Below, in pieces: positions 37,276 through 47,720 of a stretch of 64,000 nt of DNA. The translations under genes and the position numbers were made by a program. Numbering within the stretch: position 1 is the stretch's first letter; each line of letters begins with the position of its first letter. Origin of the DNA: Gallionella sp. (GTDB lineage: Bacteria; Pseudomonadota; Gammaproteobacteria; Burkholderiales; Gallionellaceae); NCBI GenBank assembly GCA_041660905.1, contig JBAZVL010000009.1, positions 13,338 through 77,337 of the forward strand, written 5' to 3'. Under the pieces are notes generated by a model. The model was not told where the DNA came from. It was given only the letters and a program-made list of their open reading frames with translations, and ran no database searches.

Positions 37276-40200
37276 GATCACTCCTTGCTGTTCTGTAAAG
37301 CACCGCTTCGGTGAGTAGTGCGAGCGTTTTTTCAAAATCAAAGGCGTTCATACTCTGACTGAGCCTGCGATAGTGAGCGGGGAAGGCCGCATTGAGCAGA
37401 TCTGCATTTTCCAGCATTAAATCAGAGGCCTGGGAGTCATCATCCGCCAGCAGTGCGGTCAGCTTGTCGCAGACTAGTGTGAGTCTTTGCAGGTCTACCG
37501 TGACCGCTGTTTTAGATGCTTCATCAGGCAGTTGCGCTTCCAGTTGAGCGATGAGCTGAACCAGCGGTGCAGCCAGCGCATCTATGCTGAGGTTGATTTC
37601 TCCACGGGGCTGTTGTTGTTTGATGGCGGTTTCCAGCTTTTCTGCCAGATGCTGCAAGTCGCCCGCACCGATATTGCCGGACGCGCCCTTCAAGGTGTGA
37701 ACCAGTCGTTCGGCCGTGACCCAGTCATGCTCATCCAGCGCCTTAATGATTTTCTGTATCGTCAGCTTTTCTCCGCCGACGAAGGTGCGCAGCATCGACA
37801 GGTAGAGCGATTGTTTACCCAGTACGCGACGAAGCCCGTTGACCGTGTCGAGCCCGTCGATGACAGGCACTCGTTCGGCCGCTTGCACCGCCCGTGTCAT
37901 CACACAGTTTTTTGCGGATAAGGCGGCGTGCGGCTTGACCCATTTGAGCAATGCTTTCCACAGTTCTTCCGGTTCTATCGGTTTGGCGACGTGATCGTTC
38001 ATGCCCGCCGCCATGCAGCGGTCGCGGTCTCCTTGCATGGCATTGGCCGTCATAGCCACGATCGGCAATTGGTCAAAGCGCGCCTGTTTGCGGATATTTA
38101 ATGTCGCCGTCACGCCATCCATGACCGGCATCTGCATGTCCATCAGCACAATGTCGTAGTCGGTGCTGTTCAATTTTTCCAGCGCCAACTGACCATTTTC
38201 AGCCAGATCAACGATGAAACCGGCATCGGTCAGCAGTTCGGTTGCGACTTCCTGATTCAGGTCGTTGTCTTCGACCAGCAGGATGTGCGCGCCCTCAATG
38301 CCGGCCAGTTTCAAGAAGGTATCGCTAGGCGCGCCACCGTAAATACGTTGTTCATCGACGACACCGCCCAGAATACGCACTACGCTGTCGAATAGAACAG
38401 AGGCGCTGGCAGGCTTGATCAGCACGTCTTCGATACCGGCCGCTTCTGCATCACGGATCACTTCTTCAGAGCCGTAACTGGTTAGCAGCATCCGGTGCGG
38501 AATGAACTCAAGCGGCAGATATTTGAGTTGTTTAGCCGTTTCAATGCCATCCATGCCCGGCATTTGCCAGTCCAGAAAGACGATTTCAAAAGGTTTTTTT
38601 ATCAAGTCCGCACGACTGACCGCTTCGATGGCCGTTTTGCCCGACTGCGCCTGTTCTACCTTCAGCCCCATGTTGCCAAGCAACTCGGCGAGCACCAGCC
38701 GGGCGTTTTCGTTGTCATCGACCACCAGAACGCGACGGCCTTGCAAATCAGCCGATAAGGCCAGTTTGCGCTGTTGCCCGCTGCTTTTTCCCATATGCGC
38801 GGTAAACCAGAACGTGCTGCCACGCCCGGGCTCGCTTTCCACGCCGACTTCGCCGCCCATCAGTTCGGCCAGTTTTTTGGAGATAACCAGTCCCAGCCCG
38901 GTACCGCCGAATTTTCGGGTGATTGAGGTGTCGGCCTGAGAGAAACGGTGGAATAACTGTTTGATCTGTTCCTCATTCAGACCGATACCGGTATCACGCA
39001 CCGCACAGTAGAGCAGAATGCTGTCGTCGCTCTGTTCCTTGATGCGAATGATGATACCGACTTCGCCTTGTTCGGTGAATTTGACCGCATTGTTGCAGTA
39101 GTTGATCAGAATTTGCCCCAGCCTCAACTGATCGCCGATTAACTTGAGCGGGACGTGTCGATCCACGTTGAACACCAGTTCCAGACCTTTGCTGGCCGTT
39201 TTTTCGGCGATCAGGTTAGCCACATTGTCGAGCACTTTTTCGAGCTCGAACTCGGTGTGCTCTATGGTCAGTTTGCCGGCCTCAATTTTGGAGAAATCGA
39301 GGATGTCGTTGATGATGCCCAGCAGATGGCGGCCTGAACCCTGAATTTTATTGATGTAATCGCGCTGACGCGGCGTCAGTTCCGTCTTCAGAGCCAGATG
39401 CGACATGCCGATAATCGCATTCATCGGCGTGCGAATTTCGTGGCTCATATTGGACAGGAAATCCGATTTGGCGAGATTGGCCTTTTCCGCGACCGACATA
39501 GCGCTTTCCAGTTCGACGTTCTTTTCCCGCAATACCTGATCCAGACGTTTGCGTTCGGTGACATCGCGTGCGGCTGAAAACACCCCTTGCAGCTTACGGT
39601 CACGATCGTAAAAGGTCGTCGAGTTATAGGACACCACGGTTTTCCTGCCGTCGCGCGCGCGCGCGGTCAATTCGTAGTCGGGCACTTTCTTTTTAATCAG
39701 CACCTGCTTGATGGCAGCTTCCGCACGATCAGGATCGGTAAAGTAATTTTTAAACGGCGCGCCGATCAGCTCGTCGCGCGTGCAGGCGGTGAGTGCTTCC
39801 ATCTGTTTGTTGACGTCGGTGATGATGCCGGCGGGGTCGGTGATGGTGATCGCATCGATGTTGGATTCAATCAGCGAACGGGTATAAAACTGCTGGTCGC
39901 GCAGCCGCTGATCGAGCTTTTTCTGCTCCTCTTCGACCTGCTTGCGCGCGGTGTTGTCGGTGCCGATCAACAAGTAACCGATGATGACATCCTGTGCGTC
40001 GCGCAAGGCGGTCACCGAGACGACCGCCGGAAAGCGGCTGCCATCCTTGCGGATATAGGTCAGCTCATAGATGTCCTCGATGCCGCGTGAGGCCTTGAAT
40101 ACCAGCGCTTCAAATCCCGGGGTAATCTGGGTGTCCAATTCGATGCTCAAGGCTTCTGCGCGGACGATGACTTCCTGCGGATCGGAGATGTCGGCCGGGG

Positions 40201-41290
40201 TGATCTTGTTCATCACCTCCATCGCGGTATAGCCTAACATGCGCTCGGCACCGACGTTGAAAATCTGAATTACGCCATTGGCATCAGTGGCGATGCTGGA
40301 GAAGTTGGCACTGTTAAAAATGGCGCTCTGCAAGGCATCGGCTTTCAACAGCGCTTCTTCAGCCTGCTTGCGTGCGGTGTTGTCGGTGCCGATCAACAAA
40401 TAGCCGATGATGACATCCTGTGCATCGCGCAATGCGGTGACCGAAACGACTGCGGGGAAGCGGCTGCCATCCTTGCGGATATAAGTCAGCTCATAGATAT
40501 CTTCGATGCCGCGTGCCGCCTTGAACACCAGCGCTTCAAAGCCCGGCGTGATGGGCGTGCCCAGTTCTGCGCTCAGGGCTTCCGCGCGCACGATCACTTC
40601 CTGCGGGTCGGAGATGTCGGCCGGGGTGATCTTATTCATCACTTCCATCGCGGTGTAACCCAGCATACGCTCGGCACCGACGTTGAAAATCTGAATCACG
40701 CCACGGGCATCGGTGGCGATGCTGGAGAAATTGGCGCTGTTGAAGATCGCGCTCTGCAAGGCGCCCGCCTTGAGCAGGGCTTCTTCAGCCTGTTTTCGTG
40801 CGGTGTTGTCAGTGCCGATCAGCAAATAGCCGATGATGATATCCTGCGCATCTCTTAGGGCCGTGACCGAGACGACAGCGGGGAAACGGCTGCCATCCTT
40901 GCGGATATAGGTCAGCTCATAGATATCCTCAATGCCGCGCGCAGCCTTGAACACCAGCGCTTCAAAGCCCGGCGTGATGGGCGTGCCCAGTTCAATGCTC
41001 AAGGCTTCCGCGCGCACGATGACTTCCTGCGGGTCAGAGATATCGGCCGGGGTGATCTTATTCACCACTTCCAGCGCGGTGTAGCCTAACATGCGCTCGG
41101 CACCGACGTTGAAAATCTGGATCACTCCTTTGGCATCGGTGGCGATGCTGGAGAAATTGGCGCTGTTAAAAATAGCACTTTGCAGCGCCCCGGTTTTGAT
41201 CAGTGCTTCCTCGCGCTGAACCTCGGAGATGACATCCGCTATACCCGATGAAGGTTTGACCGCAATCGTGTCATAAATGGCTAGTGGCAT
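37262..41290 (-). CDS. Large hybrid sensor kinase: 3 near-identical PAS modules, a fourth PAS, HisKA, HATPase, 2 REC, Hpt
   Basis: H-box [14 protein letters not shown], two receiver domains ([12 protein letters not shown]; [13 protein letters not shown]) and a C-terminal Hpt (HTLKGASGNIGA). ATG 41290 has the RBS GAAGG; the ORF-track start at 41296 is a TTG. Confidence 0.9.
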   Translation of the reverse strand: MPLAIYDTIAVKPSSGIADVISEVQREEALIKTGALQSAIFNSANFSSIATDAKGVIQIFNVGAERMLGYTALEVVNKITPADISDPQEVIVRAEALSIELGTPITPGFEALVFKAARGIEDIYELTYIRKDGSRFPAVVSVTALRDAQDIIIGYLLIGTDNTARKQAEEALLKAGALQSAIFNSANFSSIATDARGVIQIFNVGAERMLGYTAMEVMNKITPADISDPQEVIVRAEALSAELGTPITPGFEALVFKAARGIEDIYELTYIRKDGSRFPAVVSVTALRDAQDVIIGYLLIGTDNTARKQAEEALLKADALQSAIFNSANFSSIATDANGVIQIFNVGAERMLGYTAMEVMNKITPADISDPQEVIVRAEALSIELDTQITPGFEALVFKASRGIEDIYELTYIRKDGSRFPAVVSVTALRDAQDVIIGYLLIGTDNTARKQVEEEQKKLDQRLRDQQFYTRSLIESNIDAITITDPAGIITDVNKQMEALTACTRDELIGAPFKNYFTDPDRAEAAIKQVLIKKKVPDYELTARARDGRKTVVSYNSTTFYDRDRKLQGVFSAARDVTERKRLDQVLREKNVELESAMSVAEKANLAKSDFLSNMSHEIRTPMNAIIGMSHLALKTELTPRQRDYINKIQGSGRHLLGIINDILDFSKIEAGKLTIEHTEFELEKVLDNVANLIAEKTASKGLELVFNVDRHVPLKLIGDQLRLGQILINYCNNAVKFTEQGEVGIIIRIKEQSDDSILLYCAVRDTGIGLNEEQIKQLFHRFSQADTSITRKFGGTGLGLVISKKLAELMGGEVGVESEPGRGSTFWFTAHMGKSSGQQRKLALSADLQGRRVLVVDDNENARLVLAELLGNMGLKVEQAQSGKTAIEAVSRADLIKKPFEIVFLDWQMPGMDGIETAKQLKYLPLEFIPHRMLLTSYGSEEVIRDAEAAGIEDVLIKPASASVLFDSVVRILGGVVDEQRIYGGAPSDTFLKLAGIEGAHILLVEDNDLNQEVATELLTDAGFIVDLAENGQLALEKLNSTDYDIVLMDMQMPVMDGVTATLNIRKQARFDQLPIVAMTANAMQGDRDRCMAAGMNDHVAKPIEPEELWKALLKWVKPHAALSAKNCVMTRAVQAAERVPVIDGLDTVNGLRRVLGKQSLYLSMLRTFVGGEKLTIQKIIKALDEHDWVTAERLVHTLKGASGNIGAGDLQHLAEKLETAIKQQQPRGEINLSIDALAAPLVQLIAQLEAQLPDEASKTAVTVDLQRLTLVCDKLTALLADDDSQASDLMLENADLLNAAFPAHYRRLSQSMNAFDFEKTLALLTEAVLYRTARSDHGIL
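39914..41191. repeat. Intragenic tandem triplication, 3 x 426 bp (142-aa PAS module)
   Basis: The unit GALQSAIFNSANFSSIATDA.GVIQIFNVGAERMLGYTA...LLIGTDNTARKQAEEALLKA occurs three times with only a few substitutions. DNA landmarks recur at about 39941, 40366 and 40795, a 426-bp period. Confidence 0.9.
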
Positions 41291-41552
41291 GTTCAACCTT
41301 CGTTTATATCAGTGTTACATAGACAAACTTGTACTCACCGGCGATTAAGACGCCCGGTTTGCAGATTTCTACCAGCGACTTAGCAACAGTACTGAAACAT
41401 GTTGAGGAGAACGTTAGACTGGTGTGCTTAAATTACGCGGAGCTACTTAGGGTGTCTGTACGCTGTCGCACACAGAAACGACGGGAGGGGAAAAGGGAGG
41501 CTGAATTTGGCTGTGCTGACGGGTTGGTGATCAATGCACGGAACTAGGGTAG

Positions 41553-43124
41553 TCAATCTGGTATTTTTTCCGTATAGCGGGGCAGTGTGACGGTCAGCGT
41601 GGTGCTGTTTTCCGGGTCGGAAACCTGTAGCGTCAGGCTGCCATTTTGCGCTTCGCTGAGCAGCCTCGCGGAATAGGTGCCCAGACCGGTTCCGCCTTGT
41701 TTGCCAGAGGTGATGAACTTGTCGAAAAAATGCTCGCGTATTTCTAGGGGGACAGCGCCTTTGTTCACGATCACGATCTCAAGCGGGGTGACATTGTTGA
41801 GTGTCACGGTTACCCGGCTATTTTCAGGCGAAGCCTCGCAGGCATTCTTGATCAGATTTTGGAACAGGGAATAGCAGAACATGGCATCACCCAGCACTCG
41901 CGGTATTTCTTCGCCTAGCAACTGGTCGGTGTCGATCGCAATACTGAGACGTTTTCCGGCAAAAGTAGCGCGGAAAATATCGACGATGCGGTGTAGTAGG
42001 CCGGTAATTTTTACCGGTTGTGCGTTCAACTTGAAGCGCCCTGTTTCTATCTTGAACAGCTCCGTGGACATATTGATCATGTTGAGCGCCTGTAAGGCGG
42101 TTTCCTCGATGACACGAAGTCGTGCGATCTGTTTATTGCTCATCGAGTCCTCCTTTTCCATGGCTTGCAGGAGCCCGATGACAGCGGCGAGCGGTTCTCT
42201 CATGTCATGACGCGTGATGTGCTCGACATCCTCGCGTAGACGGGCCAGTTCCAGCATCGCATCGTAATTGATCTGTAGTTGCTTGTGCAGTTCGACAAAG
42301 TGCATGAAGTTGCGCACACGCGGTTTGAGCCTGTCAGGGTCGACGGGTTTGGTTACGAAGTCGACCGCGCCTAACGCCATACCCTTGAGGCGCGCCTCTT
42401 CGCTGTCCATGGCGGTGACAAAGATCACCGGGATAGATTCCGATACCGGGTGTGCACGCATGCGATGAGCCACTTCCAGCCCATCCATGCCGGGCATCAT
42501 GATGTCGAGCAGCACCAGATCAGGCGGATTGTTCGACTGACAGATGCTCAGTGCCTTTAGGCCGTTATGTGCGATGCGTACCCGGTATTCGTCCTTGAAT
42601 AGATTCGAGATCAACATCAAATTGTCCGGTGTGTCGTCTACCACGAGGATGGTAGGTCGTGTGCCGGGTTTAGCTACTTCAACGACGCAGGCAGGCATGT
42701 CCTTAACGGGCTGGGCGGGGAGGTCGGATACGGCCTGTTTGGGCCTGATGCCCAGTGCTTTTTCAATATGGACAGACAGGTTGTTCGCCGTGTACGGTTT
42801 GACCAGCAGGTCGCTCACCCCCCAGGCGATTGCTTCATCGACTCGGTGTCGTTCGGCTTCTGCGGTGATCATGATAAAAGGGATGCGCGATAATTTTTTG
42901 TCGGCACGCACCAGTTTGAGCAGTTCGAGCCCCGTCATCACCGGCATATTCCAGTCGGATAGCACTATGTCCACCCGGTGATTGCGCAGCAGATTCATCG
43001 CCTCCACACCATGGGCGGCCGTCAGTATGATCGTAGCGCCCATCGCCCGCAGCTGGCCGGCTGTCACTTTGCGCATCGGTTCGAAGTCGTCGACGACCAG
43101 AAAAACCATTTGTTTGGTGATCAT
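41553..43124 (-). CDS. REC-REC-histidine kinase
   Basis: CheY-like REC (FLVVDDFEPMR...SDWNMPVMTG), a second RpfG-type REC (ILVVDDTPDNL...[11 protein letters not shown]), the H-box-like ITRHDMREPLAAVIG and an HATPase (GGTGLGTYSARLL). Confidence 0.85.
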   Translation of the reverse strand: MITKQMVFLVVDDFEPMRKVTAGQLRAMGATIILTAAHGVEAMNLLRNHRVDIVLSDWNMPVMTGLELLKLVRADKKLSRIPFIMITAEAERHRVDEAIAWGVSDLLVKPYTANNLSVHIEKALGIRPKQAVSDLPAQPVKDMPACVVEVAKPGTRPTILVVDDTPDNLMLISNLFKDEYRVRIAHNGLKALSICQSNNPPDLVLLDIMMPGMDGLEVAHRMRAHPVSESIPVIFVTAMDSEEARLKGMALGAVDFVTKPVDPDRLKPRVRNFMHFVELHKQLQINYDAMLELARLREDVEHITRHDMREPLAAVIGLLQAMEKEDSMSNKQIARLRVIEETALQALNMINMSTELFKIETGRFKLNAQPVKITGLLHRIVDIFRATFAGKRLSIAIDTDQLLGEEIPRVLGDAMFCYSLFQNLIKNACEASPENSRVTVTLNNVTPLEIVIVNKGAVPLEIREHFFDKFITSGKQGGTGLGTYSARLLSEAQNGSLTLQVSDPENSTTLTVTLPRYTEKIPD

Positions 43125-43159
43125 TGTTCGCCTTTGCGCCGCTGACTAAGATAGATGGG

Positions 43160-46100
43160 CTAATGAAGAACCCGTTTTTCGGCCTGTTCCACGGGTAAAT
43201 GACGGACTATCTGCGCAATGAGAATGCCCAGCGGTCCTGAGAGCGCGTCCATGATTCGTTTGATCTCATCGGGTGCTGCCTGCTTTTTGATCGCCAGTTC
43301 AAGCTCTGCGGCCAACGGCTGAACCTGACTGGCGCCGATATTGCCTGATGAACTCTTAAGATCATGTGCGCAACGTTCAGCGAGAGCCAGGTCAGTGGCG
43401 TCGAGTGCCGTTTGAATTTTCTGCAGCGCGTCTTGTCCGTTGCTGACAAATTTACGCAGCATCGACAGATAGAGGGATTTCTTGCCCAACACGCGACGCA
43501 GGCCATTGACCATGTCCAGTCCGTCGATGCCATCAGGTAATTCGGTACTCACGGGTGCCGGGTGCACGATGAGGCGAACCGCGTGTTTGGGTGGTATCCA
43601 TTTGAGCAGCGCCGCCCACAGCTCTTCCGGTTCGATCGGTTTTGCAACGTGGTCATTCATCCCCGCCTCAAGACAGCGCTCACGGTCACCTTGCATGGCG
43701 TTGGCCGTCATCGCCACCACGGGCAGGTTCTGGAAGCGTGGCTGTTTGCGGATAAGCCGGGTCGCGCTAACCCCGTCCATGACCGGCATCTGCATGTCCA
43801 TCAGCACGATGTCGTATTCTGCATCCTCCAGTTTGTCCAGCGCGAGCTGACCATTTTCGGCCAGATCCACACTGAATCCGGCATATTTCAACAGTTCGGT
43901 AGCGACTTCCTGATTGAGGTCGTTGTCCTCTACCAGCAGAATGCGGGCGCCTGCGATGGTGGCTAATTGTTCAAAGGTGTCGGATTGTGCGTCTACCAGA
44001 GTGCGCGGTCCATCGACAACGCCACCTAAGACGCGAACCACTCCATCGAACAGCAAAGAGGCATTGACCGGTTTGATCAGGATATCCTCGAAACCGGTAT
44101 CATCGGCACGCTTGATGACTTCCTCACGTCCGTAAGCGGTCACCATGATCAGGTGAGGCGTACGGTTAAGCGGCAAATCCTTGAGTTTCTTTGCAGTCTC
44201 TATGCCGTCCATGCCCGGCATTTGCCAGTCTAAAAAGACGATATCGAAGGGTAATCCCAGTGCTTCGGCACGACTGACCATGTCGATGGCGGATTTTCCA
44301 GAATCGGCCTGTTCGACGCTGAGCCGCATATTGCCCAGCAGGTCACCTAGCACCATGCGTGCATTTTCGTTATCGTCGACCACCAGTACGCGACGACCTT
44401 GTAAATCGCCAGACAGCACGGAGGTGCGTTGCTGGCTGGTGCTTTTTCTCAGACGCGCGGTAAACCAGAACGTGCTGCCCAGCCCCGGCTCGCTCTCAAC
44501 CCCGACTTCGCCACCCATCAGTTCAGCCAGCTTTTTGGAGATGGCAAGCCCCAGACCCGTGCCGCCAAATTCGCGGGTGATCGAGGTGTCCGCCTGCGAA
44601 AAGCGCTGAAATAAGCGGCTCATTTGCTCCTTGTTCAGTCCGATTCCGGTATCGCGTACGGCGAAATAGAGCACAATTTCCGTTTCGGTTTGCTCCTTGA
44701 CTCGGATTACGATGCCGACTTCGCCTAACTCGGTAAATTTAACCGCATTGTTGCAGTAATTGATCAGAATTTGTCCCAGACGGAGCGGATCGCCGATCAG
44801 TTTGAACGGCACACGCCGGTCTACATCGAAGATCAGTTCCAGATTCTTCGCTGCCGATTTTTCTCCAATTAGACTGGCGACATTATCGAGGACTTTTTCG
44901 AGATCGAATTCGGCGTGCTCCACCATCAGTTTGCCGGCTTCGATCTTGGAAAAGTCCAGAATATCGTTGATGATGCCGAGCAGATGACGACCTGATCCTT
45001 GGATTTTATTGATGTAATCGCGTTGACGGGTGGTGAGGTCGGTTTTGAGTGCCAGGTGTGACATACCGATGATGGAATTCATCGGGGTGCGGATTTCATG
45101 GCTCATGTTTGAGAGGAAGTCGGATTTTGCAAGATTGGCTTTTTCCGCTGCTGCGCGTGCGCTCTTGAGTTCAATGTTCCTGTCCAGCAGCAGTAATGCC
45201 TGGCGATTGCGTTCCGTCACATCGCGCGCTGCGGCAAATACGCCCTGCAGTACACCGTCCCCGTTATAGAAGGTTGCCGCATTGAAGGATACCTCCGTGT
45301 TCTGGCCATCGACTGCACGGACGGTGAGTTCATAGTCGCTGACCTTTTGTTCGATGATCACACGCTGTATGCCTGCCTCGGCACGTTGCGGATCGGTGAA
45401 ATAGTTTCTGAACGAGCTGCCGATCAGATCAATGCGGGTGCATCCGGTCAAGGCTTCCATCTGTTTGTTAACATCGGTGATGTTGCCGGACAGATCGGTG
45501 GTCATGATCGCATCGATGTTAGATTCGATCAGTGAGCGCGTGTAAAACTGCTGTTCGCGCAGCGCCTGCTGCACGGCATACTCGTCCGTTACATCGCGAA
45601 ATACCAGTACAGCACCATTGATGCGACCTTCACGGTCGCGTATCGGTGCGCAACTGTCTGCAATATCGCGTTCTTCGCCGCCTTGGGCAATCAGCACGGT
45701 GTGATTTGCGAGTCCAAAGACCGTTCCATGCAGCAGCGCTTGCATAACCGGAATGGTCGCGGGTTGTCGGGTTTCCTTATGGATAATATGGAAAATTTCA
45801 TCTATCGGGTGACCCAGAGCTTGATTCTGCGTCCAACCGGTGAGCACTTCGGCTAAGGGGTTCATCAGTGCAACCCCGGCATCGATATCGGTGGCGATGA
45901 CGGCATCACCGATGGAATTGAGGGTGATGGCCAGTTTTTCCTCGCTTAACTGCAAGGAAATGTTGGTGTGTTGCAGTTGTGTGTTCATTTCCTCCTGTAT
46001 CGTGAGTAAATGCTGTGTCTCTTTGTGCACCAGTTCCTTGAGCCGTTGCTGGTGTGAGCGATACAGCAGGTAAGCGAAGGACAGTGCAAACAGCAGGGTG

Positions 46101-46666
46101 CACAAACTGACGATCACGATGATGGTAAACAGATAGCGCATGCTAGCCTGAAACTCCTCGTCGTGCGCCTCCATCCTGGCTTGCTCGGCCCGGGTAAATT
46201 CCCGAACTTCGACCCGAATCATATCCATCAGTTGCTTGCCCTGACTGCCACTGACTGCGGCGATCACGCCTATCATGTCCTGATTGCGGCGAAATTCGAT
46301 GACGCGCGCCATTTCCAGCAGTTTGCCATCCAAAAGCGGAGCGATCGCGTTCAGGTGATGAAGGGATGGATTGTCCGTCGCATCCTTGCGCAAGGCGTCA
46401 AGCTGACCGGTAATGTGGCTTTTTTCGGCCACATATGGTTGCAAGAAAGCCTTATCTCCGGTCAGCAGATAACCCCGTTGCCCGGTTTCCATGTCTTTTA
46501 AGGCGGAGAGCAGTTCATTCGCATTGTTGAGCAGCAAAAATGACTCGTGACGAGCCTTGGCCGCTTCTTTCATTTTCTCGAATGCCTGAAATGACAACGC
46601 CAGCACCAGCAAGACCAGGAAGATTGCGCCGCCCAGCCATGCACCTGTTTTATGGTTTGAATTCAA
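43160..46666 (-). CDS. CHASE3-PAS-PAS hybrid sensor kinase (HisKA, HATPase, 2 REC, Hpt)
   Basis: CHASE3 signature [20 protein letters not shown] after TM1. The transmitter is about 85% identical by eye to that of 37262-41290. TTG 46666 is preceded by GGAGGG; the ORF is open to 46720 (also a TTG). Confidence 0.85.
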   Translation of the reverse strand: MNSNHKTGAWLGGAIFLVLLVLALSFQAFEKMKEAAKARHESFLLLNNANELLSALKDMETGQRGYLLTGDKAFLQPYVAEKSHITGQLDALRKDATDNPSLHHLNAIAPLLDGKLLEMARVIEFRRNQDMIGVIAAVSGSQGKQLMDMIRVEVREFTRAEQARMEAHDEEFQASMRYLFTIIVIVSLCTLLFALSFAYLLYRSHQQRLKELVHKETQHLLTIQEEMNTQLQHTNISLQLSEEKLAITLNSIGDAVIATDIDAGVALMNPLAEVLTGWTQNQALGHPIDEIFHIIHKETRQPATIPVMQALLHGTVFGLANHTVLIAQGGEERDIADSCAPIRDREGRINGAVLVFRDVTDEYAVQQALREQQFYTRSLIESNIDAIMTTDLSGNITDVNKQMEALTGCTRIDLIGSSFRNYFTDPQRAEAGIQRVIIEQKVSDYELTVRAVDGQNTEVSFNAATFYNGDGVLQGVFAAARDVTERNRQALLLLDRNIELKSARAAAEKANLAKSDFLSNMSHEIRTPMNSIIGMSHLALKTDLTTRQRDYINKIQGSGRHLLGIINDILDFSKIEAGKLMVEHAEFDLEKVLDNVASLIGEKSAAKNLELIFDVDRRVPFKLIGDPLRLGQILINYCNNAVKFTELGEVGIVIRVKEQTETEIVLYFAVRDTGIGLNKEQMSRLFQRFSQADTSITREFGGTGLGLAISKKLAELMGGEVGVESEPGLGSTFWFTARLRKSTSQQRTSVLSGDLQGRRVLVVDDNENARMVLGDLLGNMRLSVEQADSGKSAIDMVSRAEALGLPFDIVFLDWQMPGMDGIETAKKLKDLPLNRTPHLIMVTAYGREEVIKRADDTGFEDILIKPVNASLLFDGVVRVLGGVVDGPRTLVDAQSDTFEQLATIAGARILLVEDNDLNQEVATELLKYAGFSVDLAENGQLALDKLEDAEYDIVLMDMQMPVMDGVSATRLIRKQPRFQNLPVVAMTANAMQGDRERCLEAGMNDHVAKPIEPEELWAALLKWIPPKHAVRLIVHPAPVSTELPDGIDGLDMVNGLRRVLGKKSLYLSMLRKFVSNGQDALQKIQTALDATDLALAERCAHDLKSSSGNIGASQVQPLAAELELAIKKQAAPDEIKRIMDALSGPLGILIAQIVRHLPVEQAEKRVLH

Positions 46667-46839
46667 AATTTCCCTCCGCTGCTCGGGTTGTTCAGATGTG
46701 TTGTCCTGCGAGGTTCGCAACGACAGTTCGGTATTGTTTTTTAATACACCGTTTCACCATAACCTTGCGGGCGGTGTGCATCTGTGCGCTGGCGAACAAA
46801 GGAATGCGAGGGGGAGGGGGAGGTGGAGGTGGCGTACTT

Positions 46840-46871
46840 CGTTAATCCGGTCACTGGCAACCGGATTAACG
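46840..46871 (-). terminator. Perfect 12-bp stem-loop (CGTTAATCCGGT-N8-ACCGGATTAACG) 13 nt after the response-regulator stop
   Basis: The inverted repeat was read directly. It lacks a following U-run on the minus strand; a C-rich tract follows instead. A terminator role is therefore uncertain. Confidence 0.35.
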
Positions 46872-46883
46872 CATGAGAGGGTG

Positions 46884-47720
46884 TTAAAGCAGTTTTTCAA
46901 GGCCGGAACGGGTCACTTCCTTGCCTATGCCCCGGTAGCCGGTGTATCTGCCGGTCTGATCAAACATGGGTTCGCCGCTGACCATCATGTGCTGATGAGA
47001 CCCGTCTGAATTGACTCTGGAGTAGATAAAATCAAGGAAGGGGAGGCGGGCGGCCAGATATTCCAGCAGCAGCTCGCGTTCCTCCTCGTTCCAGATGGCG
47101 CCCTGATCGTCGCGGATACAGCCTGATTTCTCATCAGGTTGGATGCCCAACATGTCAAACACCGGACCAAAAATTCGGGTGAAATGGCCATTTTCGTCCT
47201 GTTCCCAATACCAGTCGGAAGACAGTTCGGTAAGACGGCGAAAACGCGCTTCACTGGCGCGCAGCTCGTTGGTGCGTTCCAGAACGGTCTGTTCCAGCAG
47301 CTTGTTTTGATTTTCCAGCTTCTTATGCAGCAGACGCACCTCTAGGATGTTGCGTATGCGCGTCTGAACTTCGGTTAGATCAAACGGTTTGGCGATAAAA
47401 TCTTTTGCACCCGCTGAGAGTGCGCGCAGTTTATGGTCGGGTTGAGCCGTGATGACTATGATGGGCAGATAATCATCCTCATTGATTTTTTTGAGTTTTT
47501 CCATCACCTGAAAGCCATCCATGCCGGGCATTTTCAGATCGAGCAGGATCAAATCGTAAGCGTGTTGACAGTGCAGGTCATACACGGCATAGGGATCCAT
47601 GGTGGAAGTAACACAGGTATAGCCAGAATCGCCGAGCAGTTCGCCAAGTAAAATGACATTGGACTGCTGATCGTCAACGATCAGTATGCTGGCTTTAAGA
47701 ATTTCCTGCTCGGTAATCAT
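46884..47720 (-). CDS. Response regulator, REC plus C-terminal PAS-like domain
   Basis: REC (ILIVDDQQSNV...LLDLKMPGMDGFQV...KPFD), a coiled-coil linker and a PAS-like SSDWYWEQDENGHFTRI...GYRGIGKEVT. ATGA overlap with the upstream kinase. Confidence 0.85.
   Translation of the reverse strand: MITEQEILKASILIVDDQQSNVILLGELLGDSGYTCVTSTMDPYAVYDLHCQHAYDLILLDLKMPGMDGFQVMEKLKKINEDDYLPIIVITAQPDHKLRALSAGAKDFIAKPFDLTEVQTRIRNILEVRLLHKKLENQNKLLEQTVLERTNELRASEARFRRLTELSSDWYWEQDENGHFTRIFGPVFDMLGIQPDEKSGCIRDDQGAIWNEEERELLLEYLAARLPFLDFIYSRVNSDGSHQHMMVSGEPMFDQTGRYTGYRGIGKEVTRSGLEKLL

Noticed and set aside
39914-41191. 426-bp tandem repeats as a possible mobile or satellite element
   Set aside because: They are in frame and encode complete PAS modules of one long sensor kinase. 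This is an intragenic domain triplication, not a mobile element.
41329-41547. 72-aa plus-strand ORF in the gap between two minus-strand kinase genes
   Set aside because: It has no RBS and no recognisable family. The region is more plausibly the promoter and leader of the large PAS kinase.
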